From assembly GCA_050253415.1 (NCBI GenBank), contig JBFWJC010000002.1, positions 672,725-736,724 of the forward strand: DNA of 64,000 nt, read 5' to 3'. Origin of the DNA: Pedobacter sp. (GTDB taxonomy: Bacteria > Desulfobacterota > Desulfuromonadia > Desulfuromonadales > Syntrophotaleaceae). Below the pieces are notes generated by a model, which had not been told where the DNA came from, made no database searches, and saw only the letters and a program-made list of their open reading frames with translations. Of the stretch, positions 26,320 to 37,779 are shown in pieces. Each line of letters begins with the position of its first letter. Position 1 is the first letter of the stretch. Position numbers and translations under genes: made by a program.

Positions 26320-27495
26320 ATGTCCGAAAAAATCGTCCTTCTCAGCGCGGTACGTACTGCAATTGGCAGGTTTGGCGGTACCCTGAGAGAAATCCCGGCT
26401 CCCCGGCTCGGCGCCGCGGTGATCGAACAGGCCGTGGCACGGTCCGGCCTTCTCAGCAGCCAGGTGGACGAGGTCATTATGGGTAACGTGCTGTCCGCGG
26501 GGCTGGGACAGAATCCGGCCAGGCAAGCGGCCATGGTTGCCGGTATCCCGGTGGCGGTTGGAGCGGTTACCGTGAACATGGTCTGCGGTTCCGGGCTCAA
26601 GGCGGTTCTGCTGGCGGCTCAGGCGATAAAGGCCGGCGATGCCAGTGTGATCGTGGCTGGCGGGATGGAGAATATGAGCGCGGCTCCGCATCTGCTGGAT
26701 GGAATGCGCTGGGGGCTCAGAGCCGGGGATGCGCAGTTGGTCGATTCCTTGCTGCACGATGGTTTGCTCGACGCTTTTCATAAAATCCGCATGGGGCAGA
26801 CCGGGGAGCGCATTGCCCGCAAATATGGTCTGACCCGGCAGGAGGCGGATGCTTTCAGCCTGAGAAGCCAGCAACTCGCGGCCAAGGCGCAACGAGAAGG
26901 GGCCTTCGATCGGGAGATTGTGCCGGTGTCGGTGGCCGGCGTGGATTTTGCCACGGACGAATGCGTGAGGGAGGATATGACTCTGGCACGGTTGGCGAAG
27001 CTGGCGCCCGCTTTTGCCGAAAACGGCGTGCTGACGGCCGGCAACAGCTCCCAGATCAGCGATGGCGCCGCAGCGCTGGTTGTGGCATCAGCGGGCCGAA
27101 GCGCGGAACTGAATCTGCTTCCGCTGGCCGAAATCGTCCATTATGCGGAGGCCGGAACCGCACCGGACGATGTGATGGAAGCACCGATCCCCGCAGTCAG
27201 GAAACTGCTGGCTGAAACCGGTCTCAGCATGGCCGATATCGATCTGGTGGAGCACAATGAGGCGTTTTCCGTCGCCTCGTTGGCGGTGGCGGGAGAACTG
27301 GGAATCGAAATGCAAAAATTCAACGTGCGCGGTGGGGCTGTGGCCTTGGGACACCCCATCGGGGCCAGCGGCGCCAGGATAGTGGTCACCTTGCTGCATG
27401 CCCTGCAGGCGCAGGGGCTGAAAAGAGGTCTGGCAACTCTGTGTATGGGTGGCGGTAACGGCCTGGCGATACTTATCGAGCGAACCGGAGGGTAA
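26320..27495 (+). CDS. Acetyl-CoA C-acetyltransferase (canonical thiolase)
   Basis: NMVCGSG, NEAF, GHPIGASG, LCMGGG catalytic motifs all intact. Confidence 0.95.
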   Translation: MSEKIVLLSAVRTAIGRFGGTLREIPAPRLGAAVIEQAVARSGLLSSQVDEVIMGNVLSAGLGQNPARQAAMVAGIPVAVGAVTVNMVCGSGLKAVLLAAQAIKAGDASVIVAGGMENMSAAPHLLDGMRWGLRAGDAQLVDSLLHDGLLDAFHKIRMGQTGERIARKYGLTRQEADAFSLRSQQLAAKAQREGAFDREIVPVSVAGVDFATDECVREDMTLARLAKLAPAFAENGVLTAGNSSQISDGAAALVVASAGRSAELNLLPLAEIVHYAEAGTAPDDVMEAPIPAVRKLLAETGLSMADIDLVEHNEAFSVASLAVAGELGIEMQKFNVRGGAVALGHPIGASGARIVVTLLHALQAQGLKRGLATLCMGGGNGLAILIERTGG

Positions 27496-27497
27496 AC

Positions 27498-28346
27498 ATG
27501 ACGATCAGAAACATCACGGTCATCGGGGCCGGTACCATGGGTACCGGTATTGCCCGGGCCGCTGCCACCAGCGGCTTTGCCGTGGCTCTGGTGGACCGCA
27601 GCGAAGCCAAAGCCACCAGCGGCTTGAATCGGATCCGCAGCGGTCTGGAAAAACAGGTTGCGAAGAACATCATGGATGGCGCAGAAAAAGATGCTGTGCT
27701 CGCCCGGATCGGGATCTGCTGCAGCCTGGATGACTGCCGGGAGACGGATCTGGTGATTGAAGCGGTGGCCGAAAAAGAAGGGGTTAAAAAAGAAATATTC
27801 CAGGCCCTGGATGCACTTTGTCCCAAGCATACCATCTTCGCCAGCAATACTTCCTCCATCTCTATCACGCGTCTTGCCGGAGCCACCGGTCGCCCGGACC
27901 GTTTTGTCGGCATGCATTTCATGAATCCGGCCCACGTCATGAAGCTGGTAGAGGTGGTTACCGGGCTGCTCACCTCGGCGGAAACCGTCAGCGCCATCCG
28001 TACGGTGGCTGAGACGATGCACAAGACCGCGTTGGTGGTGGCCGATTCGCCCGGTTTTGTCGTCAATCGAGTATTGATGCCGATGATCAACGAGGCTATC
28101 GCCTGCCTGCAGGAAGACATAGCCTCCCGCGATGACATCGATGCGGTCATGAAGCTCGGCGCCCATCACCCCATGGGGCCTCTGGAACTGGCGGATTTCA
28201 TCGGACTCGATGTCTGCTTGGAAATCCTCAAGGTCCTGCATGCCGAACTGGGCGAAAAATACCGGCCCGGAACCCTGCTGCGCAACATGGTTGCCGCCGG
28301 CAAGCTGGGCCGCAAAAGCGGCACAGGCTTTTATGATTACGATTGA
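27498..28346 (+). CDS. hbd: 3-hydroxybutyryl-CoA dehydrogenase
   Basis: GAGTMG, SNTSSISI, GMHFMNP, PGFVVNR, HPMGPLELADFIGLD. Confidence 0.93.
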   Translation: MTIRNITVIGAGTMGTGIARAAATSGFAVALVDRSEAKATSGLNRIRSGLEKQVAKNIMDGAEKDAVLARIGICCSLDDCRETDLVIEAVAEKEGVKKEIFQALDALCPKHTIFASNTSSISITRLAGATGRPDRFVGMHFMNPAHVMKLVEVVTGLLTSAETVSAIRTVAETMHKTALVVADSPGFVVNRVLMPMINEAIACLQEDIASRDDIDAVMKLGAHHPMGPLELADFIGLDVCLEILKVLHAELGEKYRPGTLLRNMVAAGKLGRKSGTGFYDYD

Positions 28347-28405
28347 GAGGCGGATAAATCGGAATCGTAAGCTGCTCCCGATGAATGGATAAAACAGTGG
28401 GAACA

Positions 28406-29440
28406 ATGTCCAGACGGTTGTTTCTCTGGCTGACGGCGGCCGCCGTGTTTCTACTGACCTTTCGGAGTTCCGTGGCCGGCGACCTGCTGTTTTTTCGACC
28501 CTCGCGCCGGGAGAAACCCCGGGTTCCGGAGGATCGGTTTGTTTCGGAGGGAAAGGCTCTGGTGGGGGTGGCCGGCGGCAGCGAGCCGTTTGAGGATCGT
28601 ATCCGCCGGGCTGTCGATCTTATCGGCGGTTTCGAACGGCTGAACATCCGCGGCAGGACCGTGCTGGTCAAGCCGAATGTGGTCTCCGGAAATCCCAGTC
28701 CGACCACCACCAGCCCTGAGGTCGTGGCGGCGGTGGTGCGTCTGCTGTACGCCCAGGGAGCTCGTCAGGTGGTGGTGGGTGACATGTCGGCTCTGTTATC
28801 CCGGGCCACGCTGGAAAATATGCAACGTTGCGGTATCAGACAGGCGGCGGAACAAGCCGGCGCCAAGGTGGTGGCCTTCGAGGATTTCGACTGGGTCGAG
28901 GTGCCGTTGCCCGATGGCCGTTACCTGAAAAAAGCCTTGGTCTCCGAATGGCTTTATCGGGTAGATATTATCGTCAACCTGCCGGTGGTCAAGACTCACC
29001 GTTCCGCATCCTATACCATCTGCCTGAAGAACTTTATCGGATGTACCCATTTTCGTCAGCGCCCTTATCTGGTCGACCGCCGTCATTGGGAGGAACTGGT
29101 GGCCGAATTCAACCTGGCCTGTCGCCCGGACCTGAATATTGTCGATGCCACCACGACCATGATCGAAGGCGGACCCTGGGAGGGAACCTCCGCTCCCACC
29201 GGGCTTATCATCGCCAGCGGGGATCGGGTGGCTGCCGACATTGTCGGGCTTGGCCTGATCCGTTCCTTCGGCCGCTGGCAGCCGGTAACCGAAAAGGGGG
29301 TCTGGGAGCAGCGGCAGGTTCAACATGCCCTGATCCTTGGCCTGGGACGGGGCAGGGATGGAATCACGCTGCGCAGCACGGACGGAGATGCGAAATTTCA
29401 GGAACTGATGTCCGCCGTGCGGAGGGAAACCGGACTTTGA
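28406..29440 (+). CDS. DUF362 domain protein with twin-arginine signal
   Basis: MSRRLFL Tat-like motif plus hydrophobic core; VLVKPN, TTSPEVV, NLPVVKTH, LKNFIG, IVDA..MIEGGP. Confidence 0.82.
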   Translation: MSRRLFLWLTAAAVFLLTFRSSVAGDLLFFRPSRREKPRVPEDRFVSEGKALVGVAGGSEPFEDRIRRAVDLIGGFERLNIRGRTVLVKPNVVSGNPSPTTTSPEVVAAVVRLLYAQGARQVVVGDMSALLSRATLENMQRCGIRQAAEQAGAKVVAFEDFDWVEVPLPDGRYLKKALVSEWLYRVDIIVNLPVVKTHRSASYTICLKNFIGCTHFRQRPYLVDRRHWEELVAEFNLACRPDLNIVDATTTMIEGGPWEGTSAPTGLIIASGDRVAADIVGLGLIRSFGRWQPVTEKGVWEQRQVQHALILGLGRGRDGITLRSTDGDAKFQELMSAVRRETGL

Positions 29441-29482
29441 CGGTACTTTCAAGACCTCCCGCGCCTACCGGGTAATGCCCTT

Positions 29483-29530
29483 TTGACAGGGCAACAAAGC
29501 TCTTTATACTTGTAAATACAGCAGTATTTA
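29483..29530 (+). promoter_or_regulatory. sigma70 promoter plus palindromic operator for the acyl-CoA dehydrogenase operon
   Basis: TTGACA-N16-TATACT, then TAAATAC-AGCA-GTATTTA over the predicted start site. Confidence 0.65.
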
Positions 29531-29625
29531 ATTAATTGACAACGCCGGGATAATCAGTGCGGGGATGCCCCGTCAGTTCCTCCTCTTTGTGGATGCTTAC
29601 ATCGGACGTGATTGGAGGTTATGCC

Positions 29626-30771
29626 GTGGAATTCGGGTTGACGGACGAGCAGACGGCTTTGCAGCGCAAGGCCAGGGAATTTGCCGAAAAAGAGCTCTTG
29701 CCGGGGGTTGAACGACGTGACCGGGAGGGGGAGTTCCCCGGCGATGCCCTAAAAAAGCTGGGACAGCTGGGATTGATGGGGCTGGTTTTTCCATCGGAAT
29801 ACGGCGGCTGCGGCCGGGACTTTTTGAGCTATACCCTCGTCGTGGAGGAATTGGCACGTGTCGATGCCAGTGTGGCCATCACTCTGCTGGCCCATACCCT
29901 GTGCGCATCCCATATCCTGACTTTCGGCACGGAGCAACAGAAACGGCAATTTGTCACGCCCCTGGCCCGGGGAGAAGTAATCGGTGCCTGGGCTCTGACC
30001 GAACCTGAGGGGGGCAGTGACGCTGCGGCGCTCAAAACCCGAGCCGTTAAAGTGGCCGACGGGTGGCGACTGAGCGGCAACAAATATTTCATCACCAACG
30101 GCTCCCGCGCCGACATCATGGTGGTGATGGCTTCCTCCGATCCCTCGCAGGGCGCCAGGGCCATTTCCGCGTATGTCGTCGAGGGCAACCCCGCCGGGCT
30201 CAGGCGGGGCAATAACCTTCTCAAGCTTGGCTTTCAGTCCAGCGACACGACGGCCCTTCTCTTCAAGGAGGTATCGGTGCCGGGTGACCGGCGCCTGGGC
30301 GAAGACGGCCAGGGTTTCGCCCAGGCCATGACGGTGCTCGATGCCGGTCGCATCGGTCTGGCGGCGATGGCAGTGGGGATCGCTCGCGGTTGTCTTGAAC
30401 AGAGTCTGCGTTACGCCAAAAAACGTCAGGCGTTTGGCAAGCCGATCGCCGATTTCCAGGCCATTCAGGGCATGCTGGCCGATATGGCTACCGAGATCGA
30501 CGCGGCCCGCCTGCTGTTGCGGCGCGCGGCAGAACTCAAGGAAGCTGGGCGGCCGTACACCCGGGAGGCGGGCATGGCCAAGCTGTTTGCCTCGGAAACG
30601 GTCATGCGCGCGGGGATCAAGGCGGTACAGATTCACGGGGGACATGGCTATACCCGAGCCCATCCGGTGGAACGGTTCTTTCGGGAAGCCAAACTTTGTG
30701 AAATCGGCGAGGGGACATCGGAGATCCAGCGCATGGTCATCGCGCGGGAGTTGTTGAAAAAAGCAGAGTGA
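29626..30771 (+). CDS. Acyl-CoA dehydrogenase (short/branched chain type)
   Basis: [56 protein letters not shown] start after GGAGG. Confidence 0.94.
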   Translation: MEFGLTDEQTALQRKAREFAEKELLPGVERRDREGEFPGDALKKLGQLGLMGLVFPSEYGGCGRDFLSYTLVVEELARVDASVAITLLAHTLCASHILTFGTEQQKRQFVTPLARGEVIGAWALTEPEGGSDAAALKTRAVKVADGWRLSGNKYFITNGSRADIMVVMASSDPSQGARAISAYVVEGNPAGLRRGNNLLKLGFQSSDTTALLFKEVSVPGDRRLGEDGQGFAQAMTVLDAGRIGLAAMAVGIARGCLEQSLRYAKKRQAFGKPIADFQAIQGMLADMATEIDAARLLLRRAAELKEAGRPYTREAGMAKLFASETVMRAGIKAVQIHGGHGYTRAHPVERFFREAKLCEIGEGTSEIQRMVIARELLKKAE

Positions 30772-30838
30772 GGGGGCAAGGTCAGTTCCAGAGTCCAAAG
30801 TCCAAGGGACCAGAGACGACATAAAGGAGGGTAGCCAA

Positions 30839-32131
30839 ATGCGGCCAGTTTATATGATCTCGGGGGGGATTACCCGCTTTGCCAAAGCCCATCCGGAGAA
30901 GGATTTCCGGGTGATGGTGAAAGAGGCCTTCGATTATGCCATGGCGGATGTTCCCGCCCTGACCAGGGCGGATATCGACGGCAGTGTCTGTTCCTATTTT
31001 TCCGATCACTTCACTCGCCAGCTCAAGGCCGGGGCCATGGTGCAGGATTATCTCGGCTTGTGCCCCAAGCCGTCCCGCCGTATCGAGGGCGGTGGCGCCA
31101 CCGGCGGTCTGTGTCTGCAAAGTGCCTGGGAGGCGATAGCCTCGGGACGCATGGAGGTCTGCCTGGCCATGGGTTTCGAAACCATGAGCCGGGTCAATAC
31201 CTGGAAAGGCAACGAGTTCATCGCCCTGGCCTCGGACACCAATTTCGATTTTCCGGTGGGCGGGTTTTATACCGGCTATTACGCCATGATGGTGCGGCGC
31301 CATATGCACGAATTCGGCACCACCGTCGAGCAGATGGCCAAAGTGGCGGTGAAGAACCACATCAACGCCCTGCATAATCCTTACGCCCAGAGCCCGGCGC
31401 GGCTGACAGTGGAACAGGTGCGTTCCTCGCCCATGGTCGCCAGCCCCCTGACCATTCTCGATTGCTGCCAGATGTCCGATGGTGCGGCGGTGGCGCTGCT
31501 GGCTTCCGAAGCGCAGGTGGAGAAACTGGGCGTGCCGGCGGTACGCATCAGCGGGGTGGGTTGCGGTACCGACGCCATGCGCATGGCCGATCGCCCGCAT
31601 GGCAAAGTGCCCCTGCTGCCCCACGAGAATGCCGAGGACTACCTTGGTCTCAAATATCCCGGCGTCCATTCCTTTCGCGGCGGCCGTAACGCAGCCGCGC
31701 TGGCTTACCGCATGGCCGGCATCACCGACCCCGGCCGGCAGCTCGATTTTGTGGAGCTGCACGACGCCTATACCTCCTCGGAAATCCAGACCTACGAGGA
31801 TCTGGGGTTATGCCGTTACGGGGAAGGCGGCAGCTACGTCGACGCCGGAGCGCCGTTTTTGCCGGACATCGACTACGGGCTGGAGTTTCCCGGCGATCAC
31901 CGCTGGCCGCGCCTGCCGGTCAATCCCTCCGGCGGTCTGCTGGCCTGCGGCCACCCGGTAGGGGCCACCGGTCTGATGCAGGCGGTGCTGGCATTCTGGC
32001 AGCTGCAGGGCAGCATCGCCAAACACCTGGGGGACGCTACCCTGCAACTGCCCGAACCGAAACGGGGGCTGATCCACAGCCATGCGGGGACCGGAACCTA
32101 TATTACGGTATCGATTCTGGAGAGGGTGTGA
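30839..32131 (+). CDS. Thiolase-fold protein (SCP-x/archaeal type) lacking catalytic cysteines
   Basis: IEGGGATGG in place of xExACASG; ELHDAY; NPSGGLLACGHPVGATG; C-terminal IHSHAGTG. Confidence 0.85.
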   Translation: MRPVYMISGGITRFAKAHPEKDFRVMVKEAFDYAMADVPALTRADIDGSVCSYFSDHFTRQLKAGAMVQDYLGLCPKPSRRIEGGGATGGLCLQSAWEAIASGRMEVCLAMGFETMSRVNTWKGNEFIALASDTNFDFPVGGFYTGYYAMMVRRHMHEFGTTVEQMAKVAVKNHINALHNPYAQSPARLTVEQVRSSPMVASPLTILDCCQMSDGAAVALLASEAQVEKLGVPAVRISGVGCGTDAMRMADRPHGKVPLLPHENAEDYLGLKYPGVHSFRGGRNAAALAYRMAGITDPGRQLDFVELHDAYTSSEIQTYEDLGLCRYGEGGSYVDAGAPFLPDIDYGLEFPGDHRWPRLPVNPSGGLLACGHPVGATGLMQAVLAFWQLQGSIAKHLGDATLQLPEPKRGLIHSHAGTGTYITVSILERV

Positions 32132-32133
32132 GC

Positions 32134-32613
32134 ATGAATAAAAACGCCAAATTAGCCGAAAACGAAGAGGGGACCGTACTGTTCAACGTCGATCCGATCA
32201 TCATCAAGAATCACTACGAGATCGACTATCTGCATTCCTACGCCCAGGACTCGCCGTTTTTTGCGGGGCTGGCCAATAAAAAGCTCCTCGGCAGCCATTG
32301 CAACGCCTGCAAGGTGACCTACGCCACCCCGCGCAGCCACTGCATGGAGTGCGGCGCGGAAACCGAATGGGTCGAATTGCCGCAACAGGGGAGGGTGCAT
32401 ACCTTCACCACCTGTTACTTCGGTGGCGAGGCGTTTCTCAAGGAGACCCCCTTCACCCTGATCCTGGTGGAGTTCGATGGGGTCGATAGCCTGTTTTTGT
32501 CACGATTGATCGGGGTGGAACCGGAAGAGGCGGCCATCGGCATGCCAGTGAAGGCGCGATTTGTGCGCAACAGCAAATTCAAGGCAACGGATGTGTATTT
32601 CGTACCGGGGTAG
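32134..32613 (+). CDS. DUF35 Zn-ribbon/OB-fold protein
   Basis: CNAC...PRSHCMECG zinc ribbon, GRVHTFT, IGMPVKARF; directly follows the thiolase-fold gene. Confidence 0.9.
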   Translation: MNKNAKLAENEEGTVLFNVDPIIIKNHYEIDYLHSYAQDSPFFAGLANKKLLGSHCNACKVTYATPRSHCMECGAETEWVELPQQGRVHTFTTCYFGGEAFLKETPFTLILVEFDGVDSLFLSRLIGVEPEEAAIGMPVKARFVRNSKFKATDVYFVPG

Positions 32614-32621
32614 GGTCGCCC

Positions 32622-32625
<4 letters not shown>
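32610..32625. repeat. REP-like half element/hairpin at convergent junction
   Basis: GTAGGGTCGCCCCTAC; GGGTCGCCCCTAC matches the REP at 37668-37680. Confidence 0.55.
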
Positions 32626-34574
<1,949 letters not shown>

Positions 34575-34753
34575 ATCCGTTGCTCCTGCGGTTTCATGAG
34601 GGCGCGGTGCCCATTATGAACAGTTTAACCGCAAAGGAGCCCGCGTCCACAGGTCGGCGCCCGGGCCCACCTTGAAAAAACGACGACACCCCTCGCCGCG
34701 AATCCTCATGGACTGATATAATTATTGAATAACGCCATTGAGGAGAATAAGCC

Positions 34754-36115
34754 ATGTCAGATGTCAAAGCTAAAATCGATACATTGGTTGCCAACGCCCG
34801 ATCCGCTGCCGACGAGTTTAAAACCTTTACCCAGGAACAGGTCGATCGGATCATGGCTGCCATGGAAAAAGCCGGCACGGCCAACGAACGCCATCTGGCG
34901 GAGCTGGCCGTCGAGGAAACCGGCATGGGCAAGGTTGAGGACAAGGTGACTAAAAATCACATCGGCTGTCATCTGGTTTATGAATATCTGAAAGATAAGC
35001 CATCTGTCGGCATTATCAGCGAAAAAGACGATATCATAGAAATCGCCGAACCTTTTGGCATCATAGCGGCAGTGACGCCGACCACCAATCCGACCTCTAC
35101 CACCGAGTTCAAATCCCTCATTGCCCTCAAAGGGCGCAATGTCATCATCTTCGGTTTCCATCCCCGGGCTCAGCGATGCAGCACCGCTGCCGCCACCATC
35201 ATGCGCGATGCCGCGGTGGCCGCCGGGGCACCGAAGAATTGTATCCAGTGGATTGAAGAACCCTCTATCGAGGCGACCAACCTGCTGCTTACCCATCCGG
35301 ATATTAATATGGTTATCGCCACCGGCGGCGGTGCCTTGGTCAAGGCCGCCTACAGCTCGGGCCATCCGGCGTTGGGGGTTGGTCCCGGCAACGTTCCGGT
35401 ATATGTTGAGAAAACCGCCAACTTGAGCATGGCGGTCAATAATATTTTCGCCTCCAAAACTTTTGATTATGGAACCCTGTGTTCCGCCGATCAGAGCGTG
35501 GTGTTTGATGATAAGAAAATCGCCGACCAGGCCCTGAAGCTGTTCGCCGAACGCGGGGCGTACATCTGCAACGAGGAGGAAAAAGCCAAGCTGGCCAAGG
35601 TCATGTTTGATCCGGAAAAAGGCGTACCGTCCATGAAGATCGTCGGCCAATCACCGCAGAAGATAGCGAAGCTTGCCGGTTTCGAGGTGCCCGACGATGT
35701 CAGGATGCTGATGGTGCCCCTGGACGTGGATACTATCGGGCCGGAGGACATGCTGTCCCATGAAAAACTCTCTCCGGTCATCGGTTTTATGGTCGCCAAG
35801 GACAAGGACGAGGCCATTGCTACTTGTGTGAAACAGTTGGAATTCGGCGGCGCAGGCCACACCGCCACGTGCTTTTCCCATGATGAAAAGGTCCTCAAGG
35901 AGTTCTCCCTGGCGGTGCCGGCCAACCGGGTGATACTGAACTCCCCGTCCGCTCACGGCTCGGTTGGGTTGCTGTACAATGAGCTGGTTCCCTCCATGAC
36001 CTTGGGATGTGGCGCCGCCGGCGGTAACGTCACCACCGATAACATCAATTACCGGAACCTGCTCAATATCAAACGGGCCGCACTCCGCATCAGACCGGAA
36101 AAGGAGGATGAATAA
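34754..36115 (+). CDS. Acylating (CoA-dependent) aldehyde dehydrogenase, stand-alone AdhE N-domain type
   Basis: ETGMGKVEDKVTKN, PTTNPTST, ATGG..LVKAAYSSG.PALGVGPGN, GTLCSADQ, EKLSPV, PSMTLGCG. Confidence 0.92.
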   Translation: MSDVKAKIDTLVANARSAADEFKTFTQEQVDRIMAAMEKAGTANERHLAELAVEETGMGKVEDKVTKNHIGCHLVYEYLKDKPSVGIISEKDDIIEIAEPFGIIAAVTPTTNPTSTTEFKSLIALKGRNVIIFGFHPRAQRCSTAAATIMRDAAVAAGAPKNCIQWIEEPSIEATNLLLTHPDINMVIATGGGALVKAAYSSGHPALGVGPGNVPVYVEKTANLSMAVNNIFASKTFDYGTLCSADQSVVFDDKKIADQALKLFAERGAYICNEEEKAKLAKVMFDPEKGVPSMKIVGQSPQKIAKLAGFEVPDDVRMLMVPLDVDTIGPEDMLSHEKLSPVIGFMVAKDKDEAIATCVKQLEFGGAGHTATCFSHDEKVLKEFSLAVPANRVILNSPSAHGSVGLLYNELVPSMTLGCGAAGGNVTTDNINYRNLLNIKRAALRIRPEKEDE

Positions 36116-36169
36116 TCAGCCGGGTCGATCGCGCCGCGGAAGCAAGGGCTGTTTCCGGATGTGCACGAA

Positions 36170-37618
36170 CTAAATAACCAGAATCTCCATGAATTCATGC
36201 AGCGGCGTGGCTTCCAGCCGGAACCGGTCCGTGCACAGATCGAGAATGGCCTGTGCGCGGCCGGGCGGGAAGCGGGTGGCGAGATTGTTGCTGAATTTTT
36301 CCACCAGCAGGGGCACGCCCTCTGCGCGCCGGCGGCGGTGACCGAGAGGATATTCCACTTCGAGCTTGTCCGTGTGGCTGCCATCCGTGAAGAAGATTTG
36401 CACCGCATTGGCGATGGAGCGTTTTGCCGGATCGAGATAGTCCCTGCTGTATCCTTTGTCTTCCTCCACCAGCATTCTTTCCCGCAGATGATCGATTCGT
36501 GGATCGGAGGCCGCTTCGTCCTGGTAGTGATCGGCGGTAAGTGTGCCGTGGATGAGAGCCACCGCCGTCATGTACTGCAGACAGTGGTCGCGGTCGGCCG
36601 GATTATGCAGCGGCCCGGTCTTGCTGATGATGCGCACCGCCGGTTCCTGGGTATGGATGACGATGCGGTCGATGTCGGCCAGTCGGTGTTTGATCCGCGG
36701 ATGCAGCATCAGGGCCGCTTCCACCGCGGTCTGGCCATGAAACTCGGCTGGGAACGCAATCTTGAACAAAATGTTTTCCATTACGTAGCTGCCGTAGGGG
36801 CGCTGGAACCGGAAAGGTCGCCCATCGAACAGCACATCGTAAAATCCCCAGGTTCTGGCGGTCAGAGCGCCTGGGTAGCCGATTTCCCCTTTCAGGGTCA
36901 GCAATGCCAGACGCACCGCTCGGCTGGTGGCATCGCCGGCGGCCCAGGATTTGCGTGGGCCGGTGTTGGGGGCGTGGCGATAGGTGCGCAGGCTCTGTCC
37001 GTCGACCCAGGCTTGGGAGACAGCGTCGGCCACCTGTTGCCGATTGCCGCCCAGCAGTGCCGTGACCACTGCCGCAGAGGCCACCTTGACCAGCACCACG
37101 TGATCGAGTCCCACCCGGTTGAAAGCATTCTCCAAGGCCAGGCAGCCCTGGATTTCGTGGGCTTTGATCATGGCTTCCAGCACCTTTTTCATGGTAAGCA
37201 CCGGTTTGCCTGCCGCCAGGTTGCGACGACTTATGAAATCGGCAATTGCCAGGATGCCGCCGAGGTTATCGGAGGGGTGTCCCCATTCAGCGGCCAACCA
37301 GGTGTCATTGAAATCCAGCCAGCGAATCATGGCGCCGATGTCGAAGGCCGCTTTGATCGGATCGAGCACATAACGGGTGCCGGGCACCCGACATCCGTCG
37401 GGCACCACTGTGCCGGGAACTTCCGGGCCCAGCAGTCTGGCGCACTCGGGGTAACGTAGCGCCAGCAGGCCGCAGCCGAGGGCATCCATCAGGCACAACC
37501 GGGCCGTCTCCCAAGCCTCCTCGCTGTGAATCCGGTATTCGAGCACGTAATCGGCAATGTCGACCAGTTCCCGGTCCGGCTGCGGGCGGATATTTTCCTC
37601 GGCGGTGTGATCGGTCAT
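36170..37618 (-). CDS. prpD: 2-methylcitrate dehydratase
   Basis: [51 protein letters not shown]. Confidence 0.96.
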   Translation of the reverse strand: MTDHTAEENIRPQPDRELVDIADYVLEYRIHSEEAWETARLCLMDALGCGLLALRYPECARLLGPEVPGTVVPDGCRVPGTRYVLDPIKAAFDIGAMIRWLDFNDTWLAAEWGHPSDNLGGILAIADFISRRNLAAGKPVLTMKKVLEAMIKAHEIQGCLALENAFNRVGLDHVVLVKVASAAVVTALLGGNRQQVADAVSQAWVDGQSLRTYRHAPNTGPRKSWAAGDATSRAVRLALLTLKGEIGYPGALTARTWGFYDVLFDGRPFRFQRPYGSYVMENILFKIAFPAEFHGQTAVEAALMLHPRIKHRLADIDRIVIHTQEPAVRIISKTGPLHNPADRDHCLQYMTAVALIHGTLTADHYQDEAASDPRIDHLRERMLVEEDKGYSRDYLDPAKRSIANAVQIFFTDGSHTDKLEVEYPLGHRRRRAEGVPLLVEKFSNNLATRFPPGRAQAILDLCTDRFRLEATPLHEFMEILVI

Positions 37619-37655
37619 GATTGATCAATTCCTTCCCGGAATGCGCGCGGGATCC

Positions 37656-37767
37656 GGGCGACCGCAAGGGTCGCCCCTGCAATGTTCCAGGGATTTTGCC
37701 TCAAGGTAGGGGCAACCAGGGCCCCGGATCCCCGACCTGAATCAACCGCTACCCTTGCGGTTGCCCT
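37656..37767. repeat. Inverted REP pair (GTAG family); second copy interrupted
   Basis: GGGCGACCGCAAGGGTCGCCCCTGC (37656-37680) and GTAGGGGCAACC[insert]CTTGCGGTTGCCCT (37706-37767). Confidence 0.7.
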
Positions 37768-37779
37768 GCCTTGCGGTTT

